64,000 nt of DNA from an uncultured virus (IMG/VR IMGVR_UViG_3300028833_000009) (lineage: Duplodnaviria; Heunggongvirae; Uroviricota; Caudoviricetes), in the IMG/VR virus record IMGVR_UViG_3300028833_000009, one strand, 5' to 3'. This document shows, piece by piece, positions 40,414 to 50,587 of the stretch. Position 1 is the stretch's first letter. Every line of letters starts with the position of its first letter. The position numbers were made by a program, and so were the translations under genes. Below the pieces are notes generated by a model. It was given only the letters and a program-made list of their open reading frames with translations, had not been told where the DNA came from and searched no databases.

Positions 40414-41544
40414 TTAAACATCCTCCACCTGTGTAAATCTCGGGTCATCAGATTTAACCTGATCCAGAATTTCGAATAACGGATCCGTGTCCACATCGAT
40501 ATAGATCCAACAATGGTCTTTCAGGCCGTCCATGAAGTCTTGGTCGTCCTCATAGTGAAGATTTACCATGGCACCGCGCTCGGGATGCTCAGGATTACCC
40601 GGATCCCATACACGGCCAAACATACCGCCAGCACCAAGATCACCTTTAGGACCAAAGAATTCGCGACGCACATCGTTTACCGTATACTGTCCGCCATAAA
40701 TAAGCTGTCGGTTCAGATCAGCCACAATAGACTCGAGATTGATCAGTCGCAACGCATGAGATTCACTCCAGACACGCGGTGTCGTAGCTTTGGAATATAG
40801 GATTTTGAACATGTTCTGATCAACAGATACCGTAATACCCTCTGTTTCACCCTTGTCATTCTTTACGGCTTCGAGCTTGGTGCCGTCTTCCATGGTAGCT
40901 TCGTGGATTTTACGGTTCTCTTTGCGTGTTGTCAGATATCTTCGATCCGCATCCATGCCCAGATCATCGATAACGTTCTGACGGTAGGCCATAAAATCCG
41001 CTGCCATCAGTGCCATACCGGTTGCCGCATGCTGAAAATGTTTATGCTCAATGGACCAGCCTTTCTGGGTCACATATGCACTCAGACTGCCTCCCACAAT
41101 ATCCGGAAGATAGTCTTTTGCTGTCTTCAGTGCATATTTGGAATCTGTTTTGAGAATACGCAGCCAGCGGTGGAGTTTCTTTTCACCATCAATATACTCA
41201 CGGGCTTTCCGCATTGCTTCTCCATTGGCTTTTAGTTTGTCGTGGTTATTATAAGTTTTGCGGCTGGCATGCAGGCCTGTTAAAAATAAACCCGTCGTTC
41301 CGGCAACTGAGCAGATCTGACCGCCATTCTTGTTCCAGAAATTCAGGAATCGATTTTTCATGTAATCATAGCCGTCAAGAATCGTTGGTTGCGGAATCGG
41401 TAAATTTCTTTTTCCTGCCATTTTTTCGGGCCTCCTCGATAAGTTTCTTAATGTCCTTTTTGCTTTCCAGAATATCCAGCGTATAGTCGTGATGCTGTTT
41501 CGAATCTTCGATATGCACCCGGGTATATAAAAGGCCGGAGCCAT
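40414..41544 (-). CDS. DUF6353-like conserved phage protein (true start probably near MKNRF)
   Basis: N-terminal hydrophobic segment, FMAYRQNV, LNRQL...TVNDV, WIYIDVD. Confidence 0.6.
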   Translation of the reverse strand: MAPAFYIPGCISKIRNSITTIRWIFWKAKRTLRNLSRRPEKMAGKRNLPIPQPTILDGYDYMKNRFLNFWNKNGGQICSVAGTTGLFLTGLHASRKTYNNHDKLKANGEAMRKAREYIDGEKKLHRWLRILKTDSKYALKTAKDYLPDIVGGSLSAYVTQKGWSIEHKHFQHAATGMALMAADFMAYRQNVIDDLGMDADRRYLTTRKENRKIHEATMEDGTKLEAVKNDKGETEGITVSVDQNMFKILYSKATTPRVWSESHALRLINLESIVADLNRQLIYGGQYTVNDVRREFFGPKGDLGAGGMFGRVWDPGNPEHPERGAMVNLHYEDDQDFMDGLKDHCWIYIDVDTDPLFEILDQVKSDDPRFTQVEDV

Positions 41545-41707
41545 CTCCGGATTTGTGTTCTGTCATCTCGACAATACACTCCTCCGGAAGATATGCTGCC
41601 TTCCCGGATTCTCTGTTTGTCACAGAAATCACTTGACGCTGCCCTCCACGGGAATATTCACTTGCGTCGGTGCTGAAATACCCAGTCTGCTGCTTGAAGA
41701 ACTCCAA
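41375..41707 (-). CDS. Hypothetical protein
   Basis: 110-aa ORF in operon. Confidence 0.45.
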   Translation of the reverse strand: MEFFKQQTGYFSTDASEYSRGGQRQVISVTNRESGKAAYLPEECIVEMTEHKSGDGSGLLYTRVHIEDSKQHHDYTLDILESKKDIKKLIEEARKNGRKKKFTDSATNDS

Positions 41708-42279
41708 GAACTGGTATAGCGATCAATACAAGCGCACCCCACGCCAATTCCTGCCACAGCACCCACGCCAATGAGGAATCTCTTCCAGAATTTCTTGTTC
41801 TCTTCCTTCTGTTCTTCCCGGAATCTGTCTGCTCTTGCTTCAAGACGTTCACGCTCCTTCAGCTCAAGTTCGAATTTCTTCAGCTCAAATTCACGGGCCT
41901 TATCCTTTTCCTCGGCCTCAAATTTCAGCTGCATCTCGCGAACCTGGCACTCCCGTTCAGAGAGCTCCCTGTTCTCCGGAAAATAGTTATGTACGTGAGT
42001 TTCCGGCTTCTCACGAATTACGGTGGGTTTCTTGTCCTGTTCGCTGCCGACCTTGACTTCCACCGTCTGGGTATGCGGCTGGCTGGAAATATCCTGCTTG
42101 GGCTCTGTAGTCTGTTTTGCCGCAGATTTGGCATCAGTCACATTGGCTGCAAGCTTGGACAGGTTAGCCAGCGTTTCAATACCCTTCTGAATATCCATGT
42201 TGTTCATAATGTGTGTTCTCCTTTCATTGTTTAAAAAATATTGTTTAGTCTTCAGGATGCATGCTTTCGCCGATTTCAC
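41629..42279 (-). CDS. Coiled-coil protein with C-terminal TM segment
   Basis: E/K-rich coil followed by FLIGVGAVAGIGVG. Confidence 0.6.
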   Translation of the reverse strand: MKSAKACILKTKQYFLNNERRTHIMNNMDIQKGIETLANLSKLAANVTDAKSAAKQTTEPKQDISSQPHTQTVEVKVGSEQDKKPTVIREKPETHVHNYFPENRELSERECQVREMQLKFEAEEKDKAREFELKKFELELKERERLEARADRFREEQKEENKKFWKRFLIGVGAVAGIGVGCACIDRYTSSWSSSSSRLGISAPTQVNIPVEGSVK

Positions 42280-42505
42280 GCTTGTGAATCTGCCGGAATT
42301 CCTGTTCCTTTAGAAAATGCTCATAGGCTTTAAAACAATCTGGACACAGTGCCCATTCCTCATTCACCAGTTTGCTTCCGGTAAAATGACTTTTTGCCAG
42401 AATGCTGTACCAGGGAGAATAAAGATTGATTGCATCTTTACAGATATCACACTGTTTCGGAAGCGTTTTCTCCTTCGGGTTCCGTAAGATGGGCATCTTC
42501 TGCAT
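42245..42505 (-). CDS. Small CxxC zinc-binding protein
   Basis: CDIC...LCPDC. Confidence 0.6.
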   Translation of the reverse strand: MQKMPILRNPKEKTLPKQCDICKDAINLYSPWYSILAKSHFTGSKLVNEEWALCPDCFKAYEHFLKEQEFRQIHKREIGESMHPED

Positions 42506-42854
42506 CCTCCTCTGTCAGTGCATTTTTCAGATCTTCCAGATGAATAATCGGAACACCATACTCGCTGCACAAAATACAAAGCCTCCGCCATTTGCGGAAG
42601 CTCTGTTCCAGAATATTCTGCGTGCCATCATGCTGCGCCAGTTCATCTCTGCTCAAACCCGCTGCATCAGGTCCAAGCTTGAATACAATCTGATCAAATA
42701 CTTCCTTTCGGAATGCATCGATCAGTTGTTTCCTGAGTAACTCACGATTCCTGCTCAACCATGCGGCATCATTATTGCCATCCTTCTGCAGTGGGGCCAC
42801 AATAAAATCATGAAAAAACTGTTTGACACTTCGAATTTGTACCATTTCATTCAT
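42447..42854 (-). CDS. Hypothetical protein
   Basis: 135-aa ORF overlapping neighbours. Confidence 0.55.
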   Translation of the reverse strand: MNEMVQIRSVKQFFHDFIVAPLQKDGNNDAAWLSRNRELLRKQLIDAFRKEVFDQIVFKLGPDAAGLSRDELAQHDGTQNILEQSFRKWRRLCILCSEYGVPIIHLEDLKNALTEEDAEDAHLTEPEGENASETV

Positions 42855-43134
42855 GGTTAGTGCTTTCTCCTTCGTTTTTCATTTCAGGCAAATCCCAGAA
42901 TGTCATCTGCTGACATATGGGCTCCTGATATTTTTCAGTTTCTTCTGTTTTTCGGACTTTACCGGTAGGTTTTTGTTTTTTCTTTTGGGGAACCAGCCGT
43001 CCTTCTTCCAGCATGCTCCGATATATAGCGCATACCTGCCGGTTGTCCATGGCCTGTACACGATATCGCCAGGTTGGTCCGGCATAGACAAAGCTGATGG
43101 CTTCCCGCATCTGTTCCACTGTCATGGAAATCAC
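42847..43134 (-). CDS. Conserved small phage protein
   Basis: MREAISFVYAGPTWRYRVQAMDNRQVCAIY. Confidence 0.6.
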   Translation of the reverse strand: MISMTVEQMREAISFVYAGPTWRYRVQAMDNRQVCAIYRSMLEEGRLVPQKKKQKPTGKVRKTEETEKYQEPICQQMTFWDLPEMKNEGESTNHE

Positions 43135-43192
43135 TTCTCCGTTTCATCGAAAATGTTTGCTCCTTTCGATTACACATGAGAAAAAATAATGT

Positions 43193-43849
43193 TTACGCTT
43201 TCAAACTTATCGGCGTCGGCAGTGTCAGATAGAATCCGTTTCCATCAGGCCGATCCTTGATTTCCGTCTTATCCAGATTTTTCCATCCGCTGGAGGAACT
43301 CACACCATTGGCTTCGCACAGCTGCGGCACACCACTGATTTCGTAATATTGCCGCACCGTCACGCAGCCGCCTTCCTCGGAAATGGTGTTCTTTAGTTCA
43401 TTCAGCACACGATCCGCTTCTGCACGCGTTCCAAAGGTCAGCTCTTTTACAGGAGATGACATAACCATCGCTTTGATCGGCTCATTCTTTCTGGAAATAT
43501 TGCTGAAGCTCGTACGGTCGCCGCCCCATTTGCCATCATCCAGGGTTTTGCCATTCCAGATCCACCTCTGAAATGTATGCTTCAGCATCAGCAGAAAATG
43601 CTCCACAATATCATTGGCTACTCGCTTACCGGTAGGCTCCAGATAACTCTTCCAGATATACTTTCCGGGTTCAGCTATTTCTTCACCAAACGCATATGCA
43701 GATAACCGCTGAGCAACAGTCTTTTTGGGTTCCGCGACTTCCGGCGCATCATCCACGACGGATTCCTTTGTTTTATGCTGCATGGCCGGGTTTTTAACAA
43801 GAACCTTATATTCCTGTTTGTTTTTCATGATTACCGGTTGCTCAGCCAT
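43193..43849 (-). CDS. Conserved phage protein
   Basis: FGTRAEADRVL...VTVRQYYE...GW...LTLPTP. Confidence 0.7.
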   Translation of the reverse strand: MAEQPVIMKNKQEYKVLVKNPAMQHKTKESVVDDAPEVAEPKKTVAQRLSAYAFGEEIAEPGKYIWKSYLEPTGKRVANDIVEHFLLMLKHTFQRWIWNGKTLDDGKWGGDRTSFSNISRKNEPIKAMVMSSPVKELTFGTRAEADRVLNELKNTISEEGGCVTVRQYYEISGVPQLCEANGVSSSSGWKNLDKTEIKDRPDGNGFYLTLPTPISLKA

Positions 43850-44201
43850 TTGTCTCTTCCTCCTCGGATACTTCGTTCTTCTCAGGCTTTACGTCATCCC
43901 AGAAATCGACAACCTTGTCCACGGCCTTTCCGAACCACTTGGACGTCAGCGCACCCAGGCCCATAGAAATAACAGCCCCTGCTCCAATGGAGCAAAGACT
44001 TACGGGTCCGTTCTGCTGTTCTCTGGCGTTCCGGACAATGGGCGTCATCAGACCGGCACTTCCAATATACATCAGAAGACTTCCGGCGGTCTTAACGTTT
44101 CTTTTGATTCGTTCCCGTTTGGCTGACGGGACTGTTCCGGTAGGTGTATTTGTCATAACTGTGTTGTCTTCTGGAGCTGTAATTTTCCGGCTGGTAGCCA
44201 T
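43842..44201 (-). CDS. Membrane protein
   Basis: Two hydrophobic segments; GGAGG RBS. Confidence 0.6.
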   Translation of the reverse strand: MATSRKITAPEDNTVMTNTPTGTVPSAKRERIKRNVKTAGSLLMYIGSAGLMTPIVRNAREQQNGPVSLCSIGAGAVISMGLGALTSKWFGKAVDKVVDFWDDVKPEKNEVSEEEETNG

Positions 44202-44529
44202 ACGAATATCCTCCTTTGTGCTTCTCCTGATAATAATTGTTAATCACAATGGGTCTTCCGGAGCTGGGCAAACCATAGGGCTGCTGCATCGGCATGTTTG
44301 AATAATAATTGTACTGTTTGGTCAGATGTCTTCCGCCGAATATCACAACGCTCAGCACCAGTCCCATTTTGATAATATCGCCATACTGATCAATCTTGTC
44401 ATTCAGCGTTTCTTTTACGCCTTCGATGCCTGCATCCGTTGCTTTGCTTGCAAAATGTTTTGTCCATTTTTCAAACATAGAGAAATGAGGAGTACCGTGT
44501 TTTACGATACTCCTCCTCCTTTCGTTCAA
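44092..44529 (-). CDS. Hypothetical membrane-associated protein
   Basis: ORF with hydrophobic GLVLSVVIFGG. Confidence 0.5.
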   Translation of the reverse strand: MNERRRSIVKHGTPHFSMFEKWTKHFASKATDAGIEGVKETLNDKIDQYGDIIKMGLVLSVVIFGGRHLTKQYNYYSNMPMQQPYGLPSSGRPIVINNYYQEKHKGGYSYGYQPENYSSRRQHSYDKYTYRNSPVSQTGTNQKKR

Positions 44530-44762
44530 TATTCGTTGTTCTGGTTCTGCTGCTCCTGAGCCTGCTGTGCTGCATAACGCTTCGCAGCCCGCCTCTTACC
44601 CAACTCGGCGACGCCTACCGAGGCACCAACGCCTCCGGCAAAGCCTCCAACGCCGGCAGCAACTGTCTTCCAGTTTCTGCTCCACCACGCTTTAAACTTT
44701 CCGGGTTTCTTGCCTCCGTTGTTCGCTCCATTGTTTACGGTCTTCTTCACATTTTCACTCAT
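44526..44762 (-). CDS. Small Gly-rich membrane protein
   Basis: WWSRNWKTVAAGVGGFAGGVG; promoter motif upstream. Confidence 0.65.
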   Translation of the reverse strand: MSENVKKTVNNGANNGGKKPGKFKAWWSRNWKTVAAGVGGFAGGVGASVGVAELGKRRAAKRYAAQQAQEQQNQNNEY

Positions 44763-44834
44763 AATAGTTATCCCCTTTCAATTTACAAATATTGACCTAT
44801 CGGTCTATTCTATGCGTTGTATTTTTTGCGATTT

Positions 44835-45149
44835 TCAATCACTGTAATCGTCATCCTCGACACTGCTACTTTCAGCCAGAAACTCAAGCGCATCCGCAAT
44901 CCTTGCGAGCATCTCCAGCTGAACATCCAGCCGCTCGCAAATCGCCATGCGAGTCTTCTTGAGTTCCTTGGCTAATATAGACTCTTCCTGTATGTCCGAA
45001 TGCTGAATATGCCGTTTCGTCTCCACCTGTTCAGCCTTCCTCCGCCGAATTTCCGAAATATGGATTGGTATATGCTGAGATCCATCCTCTTCCATTCCTT
45101 TTGCGGATTCCTGTGCATTCTGAACATCCTTGTTCACATCATCACTCAT
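44835..45149 (-). CDS. Hypothetical protein
   Basis: AAGGAG RBS, 104 aa. Confidence 0.6.
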   Translation of the reverse strand: MSDDVNKDVQNAQESAKGMEEDGSQHIPIHISEIRRRKAEQVETKRHIQHSDIQEESILAKELKKTRMAICERLDVQLEMLARIADALEFLAESSSVEDDDYSD

Positions 45150-45233
45150 TGGAAATATACTCCTTTCTTAAATCCATCCCCAAAAATGGAGTTCGGCGAC
45201 CAATCGCTCGGCCGCCTCTGCTCCGTTTTCTTT

Positions 45234-46139
45234 TCACAGTCCGTTTGTTTTAATCAATCTGCCAAGCCTGAGACTTGTCGGATTCTTCTTCCAGATAATA
45301 CTCGTAACCGCGAACCCTGGTTCGAACTCAATCGGTGTCGTGTAAAATTCAATCGGATCATCATCGCTACCATCACCGGCGCAACCTTTATTCCAACCCT
45401 GCTCACGACGCTCATCCGTACCCCATACATCCTTGGAATATCCGAGCATGGACAACCATTCACTATACCGAACGCCTACAATCTTATCTACATAATCCGA
45501 CGTCCGGTCTCTCGGACGTAGTTCGCTCATCATTTCCTGCAGCGTTTTCTCCTGAAGCCGCAGATAATCAATATTCGACCACACCGGAAGTTTGGTATAA
45601 GCATCAATAAATGGATGCAGTTCGCCATTACCGACTCTCGGCGCATCCTTAAACGCATTGGAGCTCACATAAGGTAGTCCGGTCGCAGGATTTGCTTTTG
45701 TCAGTTCTTCCTTAACCACTTCATCCTGCACCTGTTTGGCTTTCTTGTCTCCAAGCACTTCCCGTGTCTTCTGACTCAGCTTCTCATAGGCCTTCTCACT
45801 GGCAATCAGAAGCGCTGTTCGATCTGCAATAGTTCGTGTATTAATCTGATCACTTTTAAACTCAGAAAAACATGCCAGTCCGCCGATCAGGGCCGCATCA
45901 ATATAGTCCTTCCAGCAAAGTTGCATCTTTTCTTTAAACGTCAGTTCTCTTCCAAGTTCTTCTTTTTTTCGGTCAATGCGTCTTGCTGCTTTTGCTCCAT
46001 CTCTTGCAGACAATACGCCGGTTCCGATGGTCCCGACGATTCCGAGTCCTGTGAAGATATGCGCTTTGTTCTTCTGATAGAACGAGCCCATGTCTCCGAA
46101 CATTTCCCGGAATCCTGCCAAAATGTAGTTCTCCGTCAT
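45234..46139 (-). CDS. DUF6353-like conserved phage protein
   Basis: NKAHIFTGLGIVG...CWKDYI; start set at MTENY after AAGGAG. Confidence 0.65.
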   Translation of the reverse strand: MTENYILAGFREMFGDMGSFYQKNKAHIFTGLGIVGTIGTGVLSARDGAKAARRIDRKKEELGRELTFKEKMQLCWKDYIDAALIGGLACFSEFKSDQINTRTIADRTALLIASEKAYEKLSQKTREVLGDKKAKQVQDEVVKEELTKANPATGLPYVSSNAFKDAPRVGNGELHPFIDAYTKLPVWSNIDYLRLQEKTLQEMMSELRPRDRTSDYVDKIVGVRYSEWLSMLGYSKDVWGTDERREQGWNKGCAGDGSDDDPIEFYTTPIEFEPGFAVTSIIWKKNPTSLRLGRLIKTNGL

Positions 46140-46258
46140 GTGTACATCCGCTCCTTTGATATAGTAGTATGGAGAAACAAAAGAAGAAGGAGCAGATCTC
46201 TTAAAAGATCCACTCCGTCTCCTATTATAGGCCTTGTTTACCTTGCGAAATAACCAAA

Positions 46259-46816
46259 TTATCCTCCCATATACGGCATGGAACTGTTCCACATCCAGTC
46301 AGAATAATGATGTGTCTCATGGTCCGTATCGCCATTCATATAAAATGTGGATCGGTCTGTATACTGCGCACCAAGCTCCCATACAAATATACGAATGTCG
46401 ATCTTATACTCCATAGCTTTCTTTCTGAAATATGCGCAGTCAATATCCCATCCTGCATTAAAATCATCAAAAACAAGAATCTGATCTCTCTTAGTGCTTA
46501 TGCCTTCGGACCAGGTTACCGTAAACGCTGTGTCGTCCTTGAACAGAAATTGCCGCTCTGATCCTTTAAAATAATACCAGGGATTCGTATCAGGATCTCT
46601 CCGGATGATCAGTTCCTCACCTCCACAATTATCCTCCAGCGTTACCGGGCGATATTCACGACAGGATGATAATAATGCAGGATTACCGTTTTCATCTTCC
46701 TCTTCTTCGGAATATGTCTGATCCTCATAAATGGCAACCAGTTCATTGGAAATAAAGCTTAAAATGTTTTCTCGCTTTCCGCGCAGTCTGATGTTTCCTT
46801 CGGCCCAGTTTGGCAT
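46259..46816 (-). CDS. Conserved phage protein (MPNW...G family)
   Basis: MPNWAEGNIRLRG...AGW...YKIDIRI. Confidence 0.65.
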   Translation of the reverse strand: MPNWAEGNIRLRGKRENILSFISNELVAIYEDQTYSEEEEDENGNPALLSSCREYRPVTLEDNCGGEELIIRRDPDTNPWYYFKGSERQFLFKDDTAFTVTWSEGISTKRDQILVFDDFNAGWDIDCAYFRKKAMEYKIDIRIFVWELGAQYTDRSTFYMNGDTDHETHHYSDWMWNSSMPYMGG

Positions 46817-47208
46817 GTGTTGTCATCCTCCATCTTATATGGTTCAAGCAACATTGTTAAATTTCTATAGCATGAAATGATTTTTGGCATCTGTATTGCA
46901 ATCCAGTCAACCATAGTTTCTTCATGACCGAAACGATGTGCATGCTCAAAATCAGTTGAAAGACCGCTTTCATACAAAAATGCATGCACCAGTTCATGTT
47001 TTATAGTATGGAAGATATAAAGTCTTGGATCCGACAGTGCTGCGTCATTGACATTGCAGTTTACATATATTCTGCGTGATATCGAATCGCAAAAACCATC
47101 ACAGTTAAGTTTATCAAAACGCGGTTCTTCTTTATCAGTTGTCAGAAAAAGATCGTAAGCGCTTCCAAGAACATCCACCGGTATTTTAGCAGATTTGTAA
47201 TATTGCAT
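46759..47208 (-). CDS. HEXXH zinc metallopeptidase-like protein
   Basis: DGFCD...KHELVHAFLYESGL...EETMVDWIA. Confidence 0.75.
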   Translation of the reverse strand: MQYYKSAKIPVDVLGSAYDLFLTTDKEEPRFDKLNCDGFCDSISRRIYVNCNVNDAALSDPRLYIFHTIKHELVHAFLYESGLSTDFEHAHRFGHEETMVDWIAIQMPKIISCYRNLTMLLEPYKMEDDNTCQTGPKETSDCAESEKTF

Positions 47209-47225
47209 TTCGAAACACTACCTCC

Positions 47226-47543
47226 TTAATATCTTGGATCAGGTTCCGGGTCTTTCATGCGTTCAGATACAACTACCGGGTCCAGCCATTCCAGTTCCTT
47301 TCCTGTACGATAATCGGTTACTTTGATGGTTGTTGGTTTCTTATCTTTCGGAATGGTCGGATCTTTCAGCTTTTCCATGTACTCCTGAATATGGTACATG
47401 CGTCCGGTATCCAGATCGATCCAATTACTTTCTGTTCCAAAAGCCAGCTTAAAATTGTCCGTCTTTCGAATATTCCCTGAAGAAAATGGTTCAGCGTGCT
47501 TATGCCGGTTCAGGTTTTTTTCTGTGGTTTTGATTTCGCTCAT
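47226..47543 (-). CDS. Hypothetical protein
   Basis: GGAGG RBS. Confidence 0.6.
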   Translation of the reverse strand: MSEIKTTEKNLNRHKHAEPFSSGNIRKTDNFKLAFGTESNWIDLDTGRMYHIQEYMEKLKDPTIPKDKKPTTIKVTDYRTGKELEWLDPVVVSERMKDPEPDPRY

Positions 47544-47815
47544 TTGTTGTCTTCCTCCCGTCCAAATATCGCTTCCAATTGACTTTGACTAAGCCAGTTC
47601 AATGAGGCATATGTCTCCGGATCATCTGCAAGCTTCACTTTTCTTTTCTTACCATAACCATAAATAACGGCTAACTGATTTGCGCTCATCCATGTAAGAG
47701 CATCTAATTTTTCAGCATCCAGAATTTCAGTTTCCTGTGGTTCTTCCCTTGCTTCCTGTTTAAGCGCTTCCTGACCAAGCCGTCCAAGAAAATCCAGAAT
47801 GTCAATCATTGCCAT
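47540..47815 (-). CDS. Hypothetical protein with internal duplication
   Basis: LTWMSANQLAVIYG / LNWLSQSQLEAIFG. Confidence 0.6.
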   Translation of the reverse strand: MAMIDILDFLGRLGQEALKQEAREEPQETEILDAEKLDALTWMSANQLAVIYGYGKKRKVKLADDPETYASLNWLSQSQLEAIFGREEDNK

Positions 47816-47833
47816 AAATATATGTCTCCTTTC

Positions 47834-48160
47834 TTACGTTTCGGGTCTAAATACACGAAGCGTGGCTGACACGATAAGATTACTGCCTTCTGTCTTTCTG
47901 GATATAGTAATCATGTTCTGTTGTTTATATAGCAGCTCATTAGCCAACTCATCTGCCAGACGTGCTTTCAGTTTATACAGAATATAGTCATCTGTAAGTC
48001 CGTCCATTACATTCCATGGAATAGCGCAGTCTACTTTCACAATTTCCAGGTTTCCATGGGCAATATTGACAATCTGTTTGAGCCTCCAGTATTCATCAGG
48101 AGGAATACCTCCAAGTTTTCTGATCAGTTTTTCTTTCCACTTCTGCCAACGTTTACGCAT
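47834..48160 (-). CDS. Hypothetical protein
   Basis: GAGGAGG RBS; KLIRKLGG. Confidence 0.6.
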   Translation of the reverse strand: MRKRWQKWKEKLIRKLGGIPPDEYWRLKQIVNIAHGNLEIVKVDCAIPWNVMDGLTDDYILYKLKARLADELANELLYKQQNMITISRKTEGSNLIVSATLRVFRPET

Positions 48161-48174
48161 GAAATATCGCCTCC

Positions 48175-48465
48175 TCAGAAAGTTTCAAAAGGGTCCGGCG
48201 GATATGCCCATGCCAGCACTTTATACCAGACCATGGTTTCTTCCGGTTGACCGAATTCATTGACGCATGTTGTACAGAAGCAAAAATCGTCCGTGTCCAG
48301 ACGTTTCAAATATGCGTCAATCCATACTCTTCGTTCACCATTTACATTCTCAATTGTAATAAGAATCGGTTCACCTTCTGCAGGCAGATCATCCGGATCA
48401 ATCGATAGCACATGCCATTCTGTTACCGTTCCTGGATAAACATTACGAGCGATCAAAATATCCAC
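48175..48465 (-). CDS. DUF551-like protein
   Basis: EWH...DLP...ILIT...VLAWAYPPDPF. Confidence 0.55.
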   Translation of the reverse strand: MDILIARNVYPGTVTEWHVLSIDPDDLPAEGEPILITIENVNGERRVWIDAYLKRLDTDDFCFCTTCVNEFGQPEETMVWYKVLAWAYPPDPFETF

Positions 48466-48471
48466 GCCTCC

Positions 48472-49374
48472 TTATTGTTTTCTTGGAGCAGGTGCAAGAC
48501 CAAACAGTTTTGCCGCTTCATCCAGAACTGCCATCTTTTTCTGAATATCTGCCCGTTTTGCTTCTGCATCTCTCCGCTTTTTCTCAATATCATCAAGATA
48601 AGCATCAATCTTTTCAATCTGCTCTCTGAAGAAATGCTTTTTGTCATTAAACTCCTTCAGAATATTCAATTGGTTCGATGCTGGTTCCTGTTTTGTCTGT
48701 GTCTGTGAATTTGACATATCTTGCTGTACATCTTTCTTATCCTGTTTCTGTTCCGGTTCTTCCTGCTCGTTCAGAAAATCCTCGATGCTGACTTCATCAT
48801 CTGCTTCCTGAATATCCTGTTTGACTTCTTCAGGCTCCATAGGTGTTTCCTCCTTTGATCTGTTTTTCAGATAATCACCGAGCTTCATTTTTCGGATAGC
48901 TTTTCCTGCAGGAATCAGAGCATATACGTTTAGAAGATCATACTTTTTATTCAGATCCGGATATCGATTTCCCCAGTCATACATATTAACCCTCAGACTG
49001 TTTATGGTCTTATTTGGATCTTCCTTCTGATAATAGATCTCTAAACGTTCAGCAGGTGTCATTGCCTCCGTTCCTTCAAACAGAAATAGAACTTTATTCC
49101 GACCGATATGTTTTTTCTCCTTAATCGGTTCCTTGGGAATATCTTTGGTCATGCGCCCAGCCCGTTCATTAAATTTATCAATCTGACTTTTTACAGGCTC
49201 GGTTTCCTGATTCAGAATATCGTTTGCCCGCTTTCCAACTTCACAGGTATTTTTCTTTATACAGTCAATGCACTTCAGGTACCATTCGTTTGTATGATTA
49301 CATTCGATGCAGGCATATTTTCGAAGAGAAATCAGATTGCAGTTTTGAATTTTCTGAATAACACTTTCGCTCAT
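48472..49374 (-). CDS. Cys-rich N-terminus plus coiled-coil protein
   Basis: CIEC...CIDC...C; C-terminal coil. Confidence 0.65.
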   Translation of the reverse strand: MSESVIQKIQNCNLISLRKYACIECNHTNEWYLKCIDCIKKNTCEVGKRANDILNQETEPVKSQIDKFNERAGRMTKDIPKEPIKEKKHIGRNKVLFLFEGTEAMTPAERLEIYYQKEDPNKTINSLRVNMYDWGNRYPDLNKKYDLLNVYALIPAGKAIRKMKLGDYLKNRSKEETPMEPEEVKQDIQEADDEVSIEDFLNEQEEPEQKQDKKDVQQDMSNSQTQTKQEPASNQLNILKEFNDKKHFFREQIEKIDAYLDDIEKKRRDAEAKRADIQKKMAVLDEAAKLFGLAPAPRKQ

Positions 49375-49376
49375 GA

Positions 49377-50255
49377 TTAATCCTCCAGTCCATCTTCTTT
49401 ACGTACAGTTGTCATCAGGGACATAAACTGAAAAGGTTCCGCGATCTTATATTTTTCCGTAACCTTTTTGCCTGCATGAAAATCCTGCATTGCCATAATC
49501 AGAATTTCCAGCCGTTCCTTCTGAATCTGATATCCGCAATTCTTATTACCACGTTCATCCATCATTCGCTGGGCAATAATTGCAGATGAAGCTTCATAAC
49601 CATCCGCACCAGTGTAACCGAAGTCATTCAGCAACCTGAAAAATAGCTCAATCTCATAGGATGGCATGCTCTCCGTACGCAGCATCAGATATGCCGCACA
49701 TACACTTGGCGCATTCTTGTTCTTTGCACCTGTGCCATAACATACAATACGTTTCGCCCGATTCAACTCATCAATATGCGATTTCACATAGGCTCTTGTG
49801 GAGGTATTGTCTTTTCTGGAATTGAAACGGTTCACTAAAATATTCGCAGCCGCAATTACCGTAGAATCTGCATCCACTTCCTCCGCCTGCAGAATATCCA
49901 TATTGGTCCGTTTCTTGCCTGTATCATATTCATCGACGTCTTTCGCCACATTACGCACAACAGTCATACGTACAGTGGTCTTGCTGAATATGATTCCCGC
50001 CAGACGATGCTGACCATCCTTCAGTACACCATCCACGTCAAAAACGATCGGAACACCTGTTGTTTGCCATTTGCCGTTTTTCATGTCCTCAGCATATGCC
50101 ATAAAGGTATGCCTGCTCAGTTTCCGGTAATTGTTGGTATTGTGCTTCAGATATTCCTTAGCCAGTTCAGGGGTGATGTCTTCTACAGTCATTTTCAGTT
50201 CTGTTTTCGCGGTTGCCATGAATATACGTCCTCCTTCATTAATCGTGAGTAACAA
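49377..50255 (-). CDS. ParB-like N-terminal domain protein
   Basis: ITPELAKEYL...YAEDMKNGKW...DGQHRLAG. Confidence 0.7.
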   Translation of the reverse strand: MLLTINEGGRIFMATAKTELKMTVEDITPELAKEYLKHNTNNYRKLSRHTFMAYAEDMKNGKWQTTGVPIVFDVDGVLKDGQHRLAGIIFSKTTVRMTVVRNVAKDVDEYDTGKKRTNMDILQAEEVDADSTVIAAANILVNRFNSRKDNTSTRAYVKSHIDELNRAKRIVCYGTGAKNKNAPSVCAAYLMLRTESMPSYEIELFFRLLNDFGYTGADGYEASSAIIAQRMMDERGNKNCGYQIQKERLEILIMAMQDFHAGKKVTEKYKIAEPFQFMSLMTTVRKEDGLED

Positions 50256-50301
50256 ATATATAAAAGCATTGGAGCCGTGTTTTCACACAGCTCCTTTGCT
50301 T

Positions 50302-50541
50302 TCATCTCAGCCGTATAATCGGCCTCTCTTCTAATTCTTTTTTGACTTTACGTTCCTCAGCTTTTGTTTTAATATAGTCGGTTACTGACTCGGCTCCCTC
50401 ATGGATCTTGTCGCCGATAACACTGATTGCCGACTTCATGCTGTCTTTGTTCACAAGTGATCTGAATAATACAATCACAAATTTCAGTCCAGCAAGAGTT
50501 GCCATCACACCGGCAAACCACATAATAAGGTTCCAGTTCAT
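50302..50541 (-). CDS. Small membrane protein
   Basis: N-terminal TM segment; GGAGG RBS; terminator follows. Confidence 0.6.
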   Translation of the reverse strand: MNWNLIMWFAGVMATLAGLKFVIVLFRSLVNKDSMKSAISVIGDKIHEGAESVTDYIKTKAEERKVKKELEERPIIRLR

Positions 50542-50587
50542 TTGCCATATCCTCCTGTAAAATATAGTCAGAACATAACGTCTGCTA

